Below are positions 18,783 through 29,274 of a DNA stretch of 64,000 bases, piece after piece (the stretch's first letter is position 1; every line of letters begins with the position of its first letter). The notes under the pieces are model-generated. The model searched no databases. It was not told the DNA's origin and worked only from the letters and a program-made list of their open reading frames with translations. The stretch covers positions 3,710,277-3,774,276 of the forward strand of contig CP070695.1 in assembly GCA_020353515.1 (NCBI GenBank). The letters are read 5' to 3'. The DNA comes from Candidatus Heimdallarchaeota archaeon. Its GTDB lineage: Archaea; Asgardarchaeota; Heimdallarchaeia; Hodarchaeales; Hodarchaeaceae. Position numbers and translations under genes: made by a program.

Positions 18783-20639
18783 TTATGGTGGAGGAGCTGT
18801 ACTAACAGCTGCTTGTTGGGGTATCTCCCCAAGAGCATATGCCACCTCTTGATGTTTGAAATAGGTGTTGTACAAGGTTGCATATTCCCCGCCTTGAGCT
18901 AATAACCCATCATGTGTTCCTTCCTCAATAATTTTCCCCTGATCTAGAACAATGATCCGATCTGCGTTTTTAACGGTACTCAACCTATGAGCAATAACAA
19001 TGGAGGTTCGCCCTTTCATCAGCTCCTCTAATGATTCTTGAATCATTGATTCTGTATAAGCATCAACAGAGGAAGTTGCCTCATCCAAAATGAGAATTCT
19101 TGGATCTGCGAGAAGAGCACGTGCGAAACTGACAAGTTGTCTTTGTCCAGTGCTTAATAAGCAACCACCTTCACCCACTTGGGTTTGTAGCCCGTCTTTC
19201 AGATATTCTAGAATCTCATTAACCCTTGAAATCTTTAGAGCTCGTTGCAAGTCTTCCTCACTGGCATCTTTACGGCCATATGTTATATTTTCGAGAATTG
19301 TGCCATTGAAGAGAAAAGGAGTCTGCAAAACAATACCGAGATGCTTACGGTAGGATTTTAATTTAATGTCTCGAATATGAAGGTCGTCAACAAGGATTTT
19401 TCCTTCTTGAAACTCGTAAAATCGCGCAAGTAATGAAATTATTGAAGTTTTACCAGCACCAGTATGACCGACTATTGCTAATTTTTCTCCTGGGGGGATT
19501 GTTAAAGAAAAGTCTCTCAATACTGGCGCATCAGCAACATATTCAAAGTCCACATTTTGAAACTCTATTTTTCCCTCTATTTGATCTACCTCAATATCAC
19601 CTAAATCTTTTACATCTGGTTCCGAATCAAGAACCTGAAGTATGCGTTCATATCCTGCAAATCCAGCTTGTAGCTGTGAATAAAAGTTTACTAACTGAGT
19701 GATAGGGAAGAAAAATCTCGTTAAGTAAGTTAAGAACACATATAAGATTCCTGCCGTTATAAAACCTAGATTCGATATAGCTGCTTGCCCTCCAATCGCT
19801 AGAATAGCCACTGTACCAATAGCTGATAATAAATCCACAAAAGGAAAGAACATTCCCATAGAACAACTTCTTCTAAAACCTGCAACAAAATGTCGCCTGT
19901 TAATGTCCTTAAACTCTCCTAAAATCTCAGTTTCTACTCCAAATGACTTACTAACCTGAATACCATTTACAGATTCAGCCATAGCAGAGTTTACTGCAGC
20001 GTGAGCCCTACGGAAGCTCATACTAGTTATTCTCGCGACTCTACGAAACAAATAACTCATGATCAATAGAATTGGAATAACCAATGCAGACATTAGTGCC
20101 AATGGTAAGTTGATAAATGCTAGCACAATAAAAATCAGAATCAAGATAAGAAATTGTCCTGCAATAGTCATCACAATGGAAATGGCTACCCCATAATCTG
20201 ATGCATCACTTGAAACACGTGAATTTAATCGGCCACTCCGATGCTGATCAAAGAACTTCATATCTTGCTTTTGAAGAGCAGCAAAAATATCCGCCCTTAG
20301 ATTGACCATAAAATCAGGTACAAACTTTGCAGATTGAATATTAATGATATAATCAGCTACCCATGAAAATATAAACAATAAAAGGTAGCTAACACCACCA
20401 CTTAATAAGACCAAGAACATTAAATCAGTGATATGAGGATTTTGAAGTGTATCGATCATATTTGCAAAAATCAAAGGAGTCAGTAAGCCCGTGACAGTCA
20501 CAATAACCATAGTAATAGTAGAAATAATCACTGGTCGCTTAAATGGCGCAACTCTCTCAATGCTTCGTCGTATTAATTCTCTATCTGAATATTTTCTTTC
20601 CTGATCCCTCCGATCTATCCCTTCAAAAATCCAACCCAT
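18783..20639 (-). CDS. Heterodimeric ABC exporter subunit (TM288/TmrA-like)
   Basis: TMD+NBD; GHTGAGKT, LSTGQRQ, LDEATSS, IAHRLST. Confidence 0.93.
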   Translation of the reverse strand: MGWIFEGIDRRDQERKYSDRELIRRSIERVAPFKRPVIISTITMVIVTVTGLLTPLIFANMIDTLQNPHITDLMFLVLLSGGVSYLLLFIFSWVADYIINIQSAKFVPDFMVNLRADIFAALQKQDMKFFDQHRSGRLNSRVSSDASDYGVAISIVMTIAGQFLILILIFIVLAFINLPLALMSALVIPILLIMSYLFRRVARITSMSFRRAHAAVNSAMAESVNGIQVSKSFGVETEILGEFKDINRRHFVAGFRRSCSMGMFFPFVDLLSAIGTVAILAIGGQAAISNLGFITAGILYVFLTYLTRFFFPITQLVNFYSQLQAGFAGYERILQVLDSEPDVKDLGDIEVDQIEGKIEFQNVDFEYVADAPVLRDFSLTIPPGEKLAIVGHTGAGKTSIISLLARFYEFQEGKILVDDLHIRDIKLKSYRKHLGIVLQTPFLFNGTILENITYGRKDASEEDLQRALKISRVNEILEYLKDGLQTQVGEGGCLLSTGQRQLVSFARALLADPRILILDEATSSVDAYTESMIQESLEELMKGRTSIVIAHRLSTVKNADRIIVLDQGKIIEEGTHDGLLAQGGEYATLYNTYFKHQEVAYALGEIPQQAAVSTAPPP

Positions 20640-22472
20640 CTAGGAACCTCCAAATGCGGGTAATGCTGGTTGACTCACTTCTAAGGGAGGAAGTTCAACA
20701 TTTTTGCCGAAAATCCGACGATAATCTGGTGATGTGAGAATTAAGTTGGAATGATGCCCTTTAGCAACAATCTTCCCGCCTTTAATGACAATAATGCAAT
20801 CAGCTTGTCGGATTGTAGATAATCTGTGTGTAATAACAAAGGTTGTTCTGCCTAGTATTACGGAATTTATTGCTTTTACTATCCTTTCTTCAGTCTTCGA
20901 GTCTACAGAACTCGTTGAATCATCAAAAATTAAGATACTAGGATTTGTAAGAAAGGTTCTAGCTAAAGCGATTCTCTGTCTCTGGCCCCCAGATAGTTGG
21001 CTCCCCCCCTCTCCTACATAAGTATCGTAATCCTTTGGTAATTTCATGATAAAGTCATGAGCTTGGGCTAGTCGAGCAGCTTTCTCAATATCTTCCTGAC
21101 TTGCGTCTCGCGCACCAAATACGATATTTTCCTTAATTGATCGTGGAAAGAGATAGATGTCTTGTTCTATTCGTCCAAAACTCTTTCGTAATGATTCTAA
21201 AGAGTATTCTTTGATATTGACCCCATCTATCGTTATTTCTCCGTCGTAATCATAAAGTCTGAGTAATAGGTTTGTTAAAGAAGATTTTCCTGATCCAGTA
21301 GGACCAACAATGGCAACTGTTTGCCCTGGTGCTACAGCAAAGCTGATATTATCCAAAACGGGCTTCTTTGATGTAGGATACTTGAATGATACATTCTTGA
21401 ACCTGATAACACCTGTAATATGGGAGGGAAACTCTTTTTCTCCCTTACCATTCTCCTCGCTTTCCTCTCGAACTTCCATCGCATGAATTCTACGTGCCCC
21501 TGCCATTCCACCATTGAAAAGTCGGATGGCAAAACCTATAACGTATGTAGGAACTAATAAACTGATTAACAAACCATTAAAAGCAATGAGACCTCCGATT
21601 GTTAGCTTTCCGAGTACTACTAAGTACGATCCTGCTAACACAGAGAACCCAATGGCCGCAAATAAGATAAGAGTGGGAAAATAGCGAGCTTGAAGTATTT
21701 GTTGACGGTACCAAGCTCGTTTAAAGTCAAGAACATATTTCATAAACTTCTGACGTTCATAAGATTCCTCTGCGAATGCTCGAACAACTTCAGCTCCAGT
21801 TATGTTATCCTGAACTGCAGTGGCGATGGCACTCCATTTCCTCATAAAAGTTGCACTAATAGGCCCCATTTTACGATTAAAGGTGAAAACCGCCCATAGA
21901 TATACGATTAGAAATGGAATTGATATGATTAACAGTTCAGGTGAGTTTAATACCCCTAATACTAAGATAGCAGAGAGTAATATCGAGATAAATACGTCAG
22001 ATATCATCGAAATACCAGGACTAATTAAACCGCCGACTTGTCCCATATCGTTTGTGGCAAGAGCCATTAATTCTCCAGTTCTAACTGAATCATGAAATTT
22101 AAGAGGTTTGTTCTGCATCAAATGAAAGAATTCCTCTCGAATTCGACGTTGGGCACTCCAAGCAAGCCAATCATTAGTAAGGGTTGTCACAACTCCAATA
22201 ACAAAACGAAAGATTCCTAGGAATATTAGAAAAAGGACAAAATCGTTTAATAGAGATAGTTGTGCTTCAGAGGACAACACATCCCCTTTGTCAATAATTG
22301 CAAGATCGATAGCTTGCCCTAAAATAATAGGAATCAGTAATCGACTGAAAATTCCAATCGCTGTTCCTACGATTACACCGATAATGATCAGAGGATTGTG
22401 CGTCAAATGACCCAGTAACCAGCGAGTAAATGATTTTTTAAATTTTTGGGGAGAACTCATACTTTTCGACAC
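20640..22472 (-). CDS. Heterodimeric ABC exporter subunit (TM287/TmrB-like, Walker B Glu replaced by Asp)
   Basis: TMD+NBD; GPTGSGKS, LSGGQRQ, FDDSTSS; abuts partner gene. Confidence 0.93.
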   Translation of the reverse strand: MSKSMSSPQKFKKSFTRWLLGHLTHNPLIIIGVIVGTAIGIFSRLLIPIILGQAIDLAIIDKGDVLSSEAQLSLLNDFVLFLIFLGIFRFVIGVVTTLTNDWLAWSAQRRIREEFFHLMQNKPLKFHDSVRTGELMALATNDMGQVGGLISPGISMISDVFISILLSAILVLGVLNSPELLIISIPFLIVYLWAVFTFNRKMGPISATFMRKWSAIATAVQDNITGAEVVRAFAEESYERQKFMKYVLDFKRAWYRQQILQARYFPTLILFAAIGFSVLAGSYLVVLGKLTIGGLIAFNGLLISLLVPTYVIGFAIRLFNGGMAGARRIHAMEVREESEENGKGEKEFPSHITGVIRFKNVSFKYPTSKKPVLDNISFAVAPGQTVAIVGPTGSGKSSLTNLLLRLYDYDGEITIDGVNIKEYSLESLRKSFGRIEQDIYLFPRSIKENIVFGARDASQEDIEKAARLAQAHDFIMKLPKDYDTYVGEGGSQLSGGQRQRIALARTFLTNPSILIFDDSTSSVDSKTEERIVKAINSVILGRTTFVITHRLSTIRQADCIIVIKGGKIVAKGHHSNLILTSPDYRRIFGKNVELPPLEVSQPALPAFGGS

Positions 22473-22571
22473 AATAAATATAGTGAGTTTGTGATTTAAA
22501 AGTAAAGAGTTTGTGGCAAAATGAGCTGAATGCTATAGAACATAATTTTTCAAATCTAGAGAGATCAAAAT

Positions 22572-22614
22572 AAAAAAAGGGGAGAAATGGAAAAATTATT
22601 TCTTATTTTTCCAT
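22572..22614 (-). terminator. 10-bp hairpin followed by pyrimidine/T tract on minus strand
   Basis: ATGGAAAAAT (22587-22596) / ATTTTTCCAT (22605-22614); the minus strand continues TTCTCCCCTTTTTTT. Confidence 0.4.
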
Positions 22615-22839
22615 AGATTTAAGTGTCGGTCTCCACAACTATACTATACTTTGAATTCAGTTAATCCTGGTAATATCACTGCTTGTAGGTAAAGAATGCC
22701 AATCGCAATAGATCATAAGTGAGTATTGATGAAATACCAAGAGGTTATTTAATTAGTCTATCTTATAAGGGATTTTTTCTTTGATTTTGGTGTAACTATG
22801 TTTTATAACCCCTGATGTTGAAGTTACTTATATCAAAGT

Positions 22840-22859
22840 AGGACTGAATTGTCAGTCCT
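22840..22859. promoter_or_regulatory. Perfect 8-bp inverted repeat upstream of uvrA
   Basis: AGGACTGA-ATTG-TCAGTCCT. Confidence 0.4.
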
Positions 22860-22978
22860 TCAAAGGAACATAGGAAAAGGAAAGACTAGTTTAGTGGGCA
22901 GTAGGCCTTTTTTCTTTCTATAATACTTTACCAGCTTCTGTATATTTATAACCTCACAGTGAGTAGGACTATCCTGTC

Positions 22979-25867
22979 ATGACAGACGAGGAAAAAGAAT
23001 ATATTTATGTTCAAAACGCTCAGGTTCATAATCTTCGGAATCTGACAGTATCTATTCCTCGTAATCAACTGGTAGTCATTACTGGGGTGAGCGGGTCAGG
23101 GAAATCAAGTCTTGCATTTGATGTGATTTTTGCAGAAGGACAACGACGATATGTGGAATCATTAAGTGCATATGCCCGCCAATTTCTAGGGAGGATGCAA
23201 AAACCAGACGTTGAGCTAATTGAAGGATTATCACCAGCTGTTTCTATTGAACAGAAAACAACAAGTAAAAATCCGAGATCGACAGTTGGGACTCAAACAG
23301 AAATTTTTGATTATCTACGATTATTATTCGCCAATATTGGTATTCCTCATTGTGTCTCTTGCGGAAAGGAACTACGGATCCAAACACCTCAATCTATTGT
23401 CAGATCATTACTTACATGGGAAGAGGGAACACGTATTAAGATTCTAGCTCCAATCATTAGAGGAAAAAAGGGTACTCACCATACTCAATGGGATAGATTA
23501 ATGGAAATGGGATTTATTCGAGTTAGAGTGAATGGTGTTGAATATGAACTAGCTGATCCTCCCACACTTGACCGTTACAAACTCCATTCCATTGAAGCAG
23601 TAGTCGATCGACTCATCATTAAACCCAATATTCGAACCCGATTGGTTGAATCAATAGAGCAAGCTCTTAATCTTGGGGAAGGGGTTACAATAATATCAAA
23701 GGTGAATGCAGATACGGAGGAGGACTTTTTCTTCAGTGAAAACTATGCTTGTCCTGATTGTGAGCTCTCCTATGAAGAATTAAAACCTAGGAATTTCAGC
23801 TTTAACTCACCCTGGGGGTCATGTTCTGAATGTCAGGGATTGGGTACTACTTTACGCGTTGATCCTGACTTGATCATTACAAATCCAAGTCTTTCCTATC
23901 GTGAAGGAGGAGTTATGGATAAACCACTTACCCCAGGAACATGGCGTTTCTCTTATTATACTTCTCTTGCGAAATCTTGGGATGATTTCTCTGTTGATAC
24001 ACCTCTGCGGGATTTACCACCAGATGTAATAAATAGATTACTTTATGGATCAAAAACAAGCATGAGTGTTGTTTTTGAATCCGAAAATAGCCGTTGGGAA
24101 TCTAAAAGACATCGTCACGAAGGTCTTGTTAATACAATACGACGGAGATATAATGAAACAAAAAGTGAGTCAGCTCGTTCTTATTATGAACGATTTATGC
24201 GAAGAGATGCCTGTACTAGCTGCAGGGGGAAACGTTTAAAACCAGAATCTCTTGCTGTTACGATCCAAGATAAGAATATCATCGAAATTACAGAAATGAC
24301 TGTAGATAAATGTCTAGATTGGATAAGGGAACTTCGTTCTCATCTAACAGAGACTCATCTTAAAATTGCTACAAATATACTACGGGAAATTGGGTCCCGA
24401 TTAGATTTTCTTATATCAGTAGGACTGCCATATTTGACAATAGACCGAACTTCTATGACTCTCTCTGGAGGAGAATCGCAGAGAATCCGTCTAGCCACAC
24501 AGATTGGATCAGCCTTGGTAGGAGTTACCTATGTTCTGGATGAACCCTCCATTGGATTACATGCTCGAGATCAACAGAAGTTATTAGACTCACTAAAAAA
24601 TCTTCGTGCGATAGGAAATACTGTATTAGCTGTCGAACACGACCACCAAACAATTTTAGCTGCTGATCATGTCATTGACTTGGGTCCAGGACCAGGAATT
24701 CATGGAGGAACGTTAGTCGTTCAAGGAACACCAGAGGATATTATGAAATGTCCTACTTCCACAACAGGGGCTTATCTTTCAGGAAAAAAGAAAATAAAAA
24801 TTCCAGAAAACCGCAAAATTGGTAATGGGGAGAAGATCACAATTATTGGAGCTTCGGAAAACAATTTGAAGAAAATCAATGTAGATTTTCAGTTGGGCCG
24901 ATTTATCTGTATCACAGGAGTCTCTGGATCAGGAAAATCTTCACTGATGAATGATACTCTTTATCCAGGTCTTAGGAAATATCTTCATGGATCCCGAAAG
25001 AAAGTGGGAAAACATGAAAAATTTAAGGGACTTGAATTTGTTGACAAAGTCATCAACATTGACCAAAGTCCGATTGGCAGAACCCCGCGGTCAAATCCTG
25101 CAACTTATACAGGTGTTTGGGATAACATTCGGGCTTTATTCGCTCAGACAAAAGAAGCCAAAGTGCGGGGGTATAAACAAGGACGTTTTAGCTTCAATGT
25201 GAAAGGAGGACGCTGTGAGACCTGTAGAGGAGGAGGCCAAATCAGAATTGAGTTGTCCTTCTTGCCGGATGTGTGGATTACCTGTGATGATTGTAAAGGA
25301 AAAAGATACAATACTGAAACACTAGAAATTAGGTATAAGGGAAAAAATATATCTGATGTCTTAAATATGACAGCTGAGGAAGCACTGGAATTTTTTGCTA
25401 ATATTCCAAAGATTAAACATAAGTTACAAACTATTGTAGACGTTGGTTTGAGTTACATTAAATTAGGCCAACCTGCAACAACTTTATCTGGTGGAGAAGC
25501 TCAACGTGTCAAATTATCTAAAGAACTATCAAAAAGGTCTACAGGAAAAACATTTTACATTTTAGATGAACCTACAACAGGGCTTTCAACCCATGATATC
25601 TCTTACCTCTTAACTGTTCTTCAGAGACTAGTCAAAGAAGGCAATACAGTCGTTATTATTGAGCATAACCTTGATGTTATCAAGACTGCTGATTGGATTA
25701 TTGAATTAGGTCCAGAAGGTGGGGATAACGGAGGAGAAATTCTTGCTACTGGAACCCCAGAGGAAATTGCACAGATTGAATGTCCTACTGGCATTTATTT
25801 ACGGGAGATATTTCAGATAACAAAATCGACTGGCCTAGTAAAGTCCTCAATTGAGACTATCAACTAG
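22979..25867 (+). CDS. uvrA: Excinuclease ABC subunit A
   Basis: GVSGSGKSSLAFD, EGQRRYVESLSAYARQFL, two NBDs, Zn fingers, LSGGESQR/LSGGEAQR, GPEGG. Confidence 0.97.
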   Translation: MTDEEKEYIYVQNAQVHNLRNLTVSIPRNQLVVITGVSGSGKSSLAFDVIFAEGQRRYVESLSAYARQFLGRMQKPDVELIEGLSPAVSIEQKTTSKNPRSTVGTQTEIFDYLRLLFANIGIPHCVSCGKELRIQTPQSIVRSLLTWEEGTRIKILAPIIRGKKGTHHTQWDRLMEMGFIRVRVNGVEYELADPPTLDRYKLHSIEAVVDRLIIKPNIRTRLVESIEQALNLGEGVTIISKVNADTEEDFFFSENYACPDCELSYEELKPRNFSFNSPWGSCSECQGLGTTLRVDPDLIITNPSLSYREGGVMDKPLTPGTWRFSYYTSLAKSWDDFSVDTPLRDLPPDVINRLLYGSKTSMSVVFESENSRWESKRHRHEGLVNTIRRRYNETKSESARSYYERFMRRDACTSCRGKRLKPESLAVTIQDKNIIEITEMTVDKCLDWIRELRSHLTETHLKIATNILREIGSRLDFLISVGLPYLTIDRTSMTLSGGESQRIRLATQIGSALVGVTYVLDEPSIGLHARDQQKLLDSLKNLRAIGNTVLAVEHDHQTILAADHVIDLGPGPGIHGGTLVVQGTPEDIMKCPTSTTGAYLSGKKKIKIPENRKIGNGEKITIIGASENNLKKINVDFQLGRFICITGVSGSGKSSLMNDTLYPGLRKYLHGSRKKVGKHEKFKGLEFVDKVINIDQSPIGRTPRSNPATYTGVWDNIRALFAQTKEAKVRGYKQGRFSFNVKGGRCETCRGGGQIRIELSFLPDVWITCDDCKGKRYNTETLEIRYKGKNISDVLNMTAEEALEFFANIPKIKHKLQTIVDVGLSYIKLGQPATTLSGGEAQRVKLSKELSKRSTGKTFYILDEPTTGLSTHDISYLLTVLQRLVKEGNTVVIIEHNLDVIKTADWIIELGPEGGDNGGEILATGTPEEIAQIECPTGIYLREIFQITKSTGLVKSSIETIN

Positions 25868-25942
25868 ACTTATTGAATAACTAATTTTCTTCTCTATTAC
25901 TTAATATCCATGTTTTTAAAGAAAAAAATCATATAGCGTTTT

Positions 25943-27373
25943 ATGCTTCATTTAGCTTTACTATCCTCAACAGAGCAGGAAATGATCCATAACGCGGCTT
26001 TAAATGTTTTAAAATCAGTTGGCTGCGAAATTCAGGATAAACGATGGCTCCAAGTACTCGCTGAAGCAGGAGCTAAAGTTGACTTCAAGAATTCACGAGT
26101 TTTTATCACTGATGAAGATCTGATTAGTTCATCACTTGAATCCTGCGGACGAAACATAAAAAAATTAGCAAGAGACCCGAAAAATGATTTCATCCTCGGT
26201 AATGGAACGCCAAAAGCTCATACTCCAGAAGGCATGACGTATATTATTGATTTAAAGACCAAAGAACGACGTAGATCACGAATATCTGATTTGAAAGAAT
26301 TAGCAACCATTTGCGACGCTTTAACAAACGTGGAAGCCATCATAAGTCCAATTGTCCCCGAAGAAGCCCCTCCATTATTTCAATCAGTCTTAACAATGAA
26401 AATTCTTTTGGAAAACTCATCAAAACCTATAATTCCTGGAGGAACCGCGTTAAATAGAGTATTACCCTATATCTTCCAGATACAACAAGCAGTAGCAGGA
26501 ACGCGTGATATCTCAGAATATAGTCTGGGTTTTGGGATCTTTTCGACAAGTCCATTGAAATTCTCACCTGATCAGTTGGATGTCTTATGGCAGAGTACTG
26601 AAATCGGTACTCCCTGTTCAATTGGATCAGCGCCACAGGCTGGTTCAACAGCACCAGCTCATTTAGCTGGGATGTTAACTCAATTTACTGCTGAAATACT
26701 TATGGGACTTTTTATGGGACAAACGAAAAGGCCAGGACTAGGTCAATATGTTTATATCCGTACTTATCTCATTAATCCAAGGATGGGGAATCTCAACGCG
26801 AGTAATCCCGAGGTTGGATTGATTCAAGCAGCAGCAACACAACTATTCAAAGAAAAATATCAACTACCAGTCAATGCAGGCTGGGCAGTAAGCGATTCAC
26901 ATTTAGCTGGACCTCAAGCTACTTACGAAAAAGCATACACCTGGTTAATGACAATATTAGCTAGGGCAGATATGATTTCTGGAGTTGGGGGACTTAGTAG
27001 CGGTCTTACCGCCTCTGTTTCTCAAGCTGTGATTGATAACGAAATAATTGGTTATTTAAAGCGGGGATTTTCAGGAATAGTAATAGATAAATTGCATTTA
27101 GGAGTAGATATGATTCAAAATATTGGAATTGATGAAACTTTTCTAACTCATCCTAAAACTGGTGAAATTTTACGTACGGAACGTTGGTTTTCAGAAATAT
27201 CTACTCATGACACTCATGAAATATGGAAAAAAGCTGGCTCACTTGGACTGGTAGAAGAAGCAGATAAATTGGCTCTAGAAATCATAGAAAATCATGAAGT
27301 CGAACCATTAGATCCTAATTTACAAGAAACTTTGAATAGAGTTGTACAGGACGCAAAAAAGCATTTAATCTAG
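25943..27373 (+). CDS. Trimethylamine methyltransferase (MttB/MtgB) family, non-pyrrolysine
   Basis: IHNAALNVLKSVG, SPLKF, AGSTAPAHLAG, PEVGLI, SDSH...Q..YEK, VIDNEI; no in-frame TAG. Confidence 0.85.
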   Translation: MLHLALLSSTEQEMIHNAALNVLKSVGCEIQDKRWLQVLAEAGAKVDFKNSRVFITDEDLISSSLESCGRNIKKLARDPKNDFILGNGTPKAHTPEGMTYIIDLKTKERRRSRISDLKELATICDALTNVEAIISPIVPEEAPPLFQSVLTMKILLENSSKPIIPGGTALNRVLPYIFQIQQAVAGTRDISEYSLGFGIFSTSPLKFSPDQLDVLWQSTEIGTPCSIGSAPQAGSTAPAHLAGMLTQFTAEILMGLFMGQTKRPGLGQYVYIRTYLINPRMGNLNASNPEVGLIQAAATQLFKEKYQLPVNAGWAVSDSHLAGPQATYEKAYTWLMTILARADMISGVGGLSSGLTASVSQAVIDNEIIGYLKRGFSGIVIDKLHLGVDMIQNIGIDETFLTHPKTGEILRTERWFSEISTHDTHEIWKKAGSLGLVEEADKLALEIIENHEVEPLDPNLQETLNRVVQDAKKHLI

Positions 27374-27825
27374 TGTTACAGTATTCAATGAAAACGAATT
27401 CTTAAGTAAAATATATTTAAGCTATTCACGATTATGTACAAACAGAAACCAGGAATAAAACACGAGTCTTAATTACTTACAATTTTCATTAGTAAGTAAA
27501 TAATTGTAAATCAAAATAATAGACGGGTGTGGAAGAAATTACTTATGATTTTATTTCAAATCATATTATTTATTTCAATTGACGCTTTTGTGATAATCTG
27601 ACAATATAGAAGGTAAATAAAATGAAAAAAATACTGTATCAAGAAAATACGATGGAGTAGTACTCTTTGGTTTGATTTTTGGATCACTGTTCATACAAAA
27701 TCAAAATGAAAATAATCCAAAATAAGAAAGGATTATTAGAAATACTCCCATTAATTTACGTAGGGCCTTACTTTTTGATTAAGTAGCCTTACTGTTCAAC
27801 CTTTTTGGATGAGGTTTAATCTCTT

Positions 27826-29226
27826 TTAATCCAAGGGACATAACTTTGCATTGAAGTGACGGAGAATACCAGGATCATATATAATTTTCATTCCTGTAAT
27901 CTCCTCTTTGTGTTCATAGAGATCTATAACAGAATCGATAACGTAATCGAGATGTTCTTGAGAATAGACTCGTCTAGGAATTGCCAATCGGACCTGTTCC
28001 AGCTCTGGAAAAATCCATTTTCCATCTTCTTGTTGACGACTAAATGCCACAGAACCTAATTCTGCTGCACGAATCCCATGATATTCATATAAAGCGACCG
28101 TAAGTGCCCAGGCTGGAAATTCTGATTGTGGGATATGTGGGAGAAACCTTTTTACATCTAGATTTATGGAGTGCCCTCCCACTGGCTTTATAAAAGGAAT
28201 CCCAGCCTTTTCTAAACCTTTTCCTAAATATTCAAGCTGCTGATGCCTATATTCAAGATAGTCTTCTTCTAAAACTTCAGTTAAACCCCTAGCAATCGCC
28301 TCTAAATCCCGTCCAGCCAGTCCACCATATGTAGGAAATCCTTCTATTACAGTCATACGTTCTTTGATCCGACGATAGATTTGTTCGTCATTAAGAGCAA
28401 TAAATCCACCAATATTTACAAGACCATCTTTTTTCGCACTCATCATGCAGCCATCAGCATAGGAAAACATCTTTTGAGCAATCTCTTTTGGAGAAAGATT
28501 CTGATACTTTTTCTCACGTAGTTTGATGAAATATGCATTCTCGGCAAAACGGGCTGCATCCAGAAAGAAAGGGATTTTGTACTTTTTCGCAATTTTTGAA
28601 ACTTCAATTATATTTGCAAGTGAAACAGGCTGCCCTCCTCCAGCATTATTTGTCACAGTGACAACTATTAGTGATACATCACCTTTATTTTGAATAAAAT
28701 CCTCTAAGGCATTTGTATCAAGATTTCCCTTAAAATCATGTAGTAATGATGGTTTATAGGCTTCAGCTATAACAAAATCATAAGCTCGTGCACCTGATAT
28801 TTTGATATTGGCACGTGTTGTGTCAAAAAATTGATTAGAAACTGTTACCTTTGATTGATCAAGATTAAGTGCATGACAAATTAGATTTTCTGCACTGCGT
28901 CCTTGATGTGTTGGTACAACGTATTTATAACCAGTAATATCCTGAATTACATTTTCAAGGTGAAAAAAGTTCTTACATTGTGCATAAGACTCATCACCCA
29001 GCATAAGTCCAGCCCATTGGTAATCAGACATTGCTGAAGTTCCTGAATCAGTCAATAAATCAATATAGATATTTTCTGCTGCAATATTGAAGAAGTTATA
29101 TCCAGCTTCTTCTAATAATTTCTTCCGTTCTTTTCGTGTGGTCTTTTTGATTGGTTCAACTACTTTAATTTTGAATGGTGGGGGTTTCAATTTTTGATCG
29201 TTATGAGTCATTTCAATCATTTCCAA
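27826..29226 (-). CDS. tnaA: Tryptophanase (beta-eliminating lyase)
   Basis: IDLLTDSGT, PTHQGR, FDTTRA, MSAKKDGLVNIGG (PLP Lys), EGFPTYGGLAGRD, RLAIPRRVY; GIRAAELG lacks the TPL-specific Arg. Confidence 0.85.
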   Translation of the reverse strand: MEMIEMTHNDQKLKPPPFKIKVVEPIKKTTRKERKKLLEEAGYNFFNIAAENIYIDLLTDSGTSAMSDYQWAGLMLGDESYAQCKNFFHLENVIQDITGYKYVVPTHQGRSAENLICHALNLDQSKVTVSNQFFDTTRANIKISGARAYDFVIAEAYKPSLLHDFKGNLDTNALEDFIQNKGDVSLIVVTVTNNAGGGQPVSLANIIEVSKIAKKYKIPFFLDAARFAENAYFIKLREKKYQNLSPKEIAQKMFSYADGCMMSAKKDGLVNIGGFIALNDEQIYRRIKERMTVIEGFPTYGGLAGRDLEAIARGLTEVLEEDYLEYRHQQLEYLGKGLEKAGIPFIKPVGGHSINLDVKRFLPHIPQSEFPAWALTVALYEYHGIRAAELGSVAFSRQQEDGKWIFPELEQVRLAIPRRVYSQEHLDYVIDSVIDLYEHKEEITGMKIIYDPGILRHFNAKLCPLD

Positions 29227-29274
29227 AATTAAATATATATTCTGAAGAAATTAGGAAGTAATATCGTTAACCAA

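Noticed and set aside
18783-22472. Degenerate Walker B/signature motifs in the ABC pair as a novelty
   Set aside because: Standard asymmetry of heterodimeric exporters.
22812-22847. Possible C/D-box sRNA (CTGATGT ... CTGA)
   Set aside because: Imperfect C box and no convincing C'/D' pair.
25943-27373. Pyrrolysine recoding in the MttB homolog
   Set aside because: The ORF is full length with TAG only as the terminal stop.
27374-27825. 450-bp AT-rich gap as RNA gene, CRISPR array or origin
   Set aside because: No cloverleaf, regular repeats, ORB-like boxes or credible ORF; it lies between convergent genes.
27826-29226. Tyrosine phenol-lyase call
   Set aside because: GIRAAELG has Leu where TPL has its diagnostic Arg (MERG); tryptophanase preferred.
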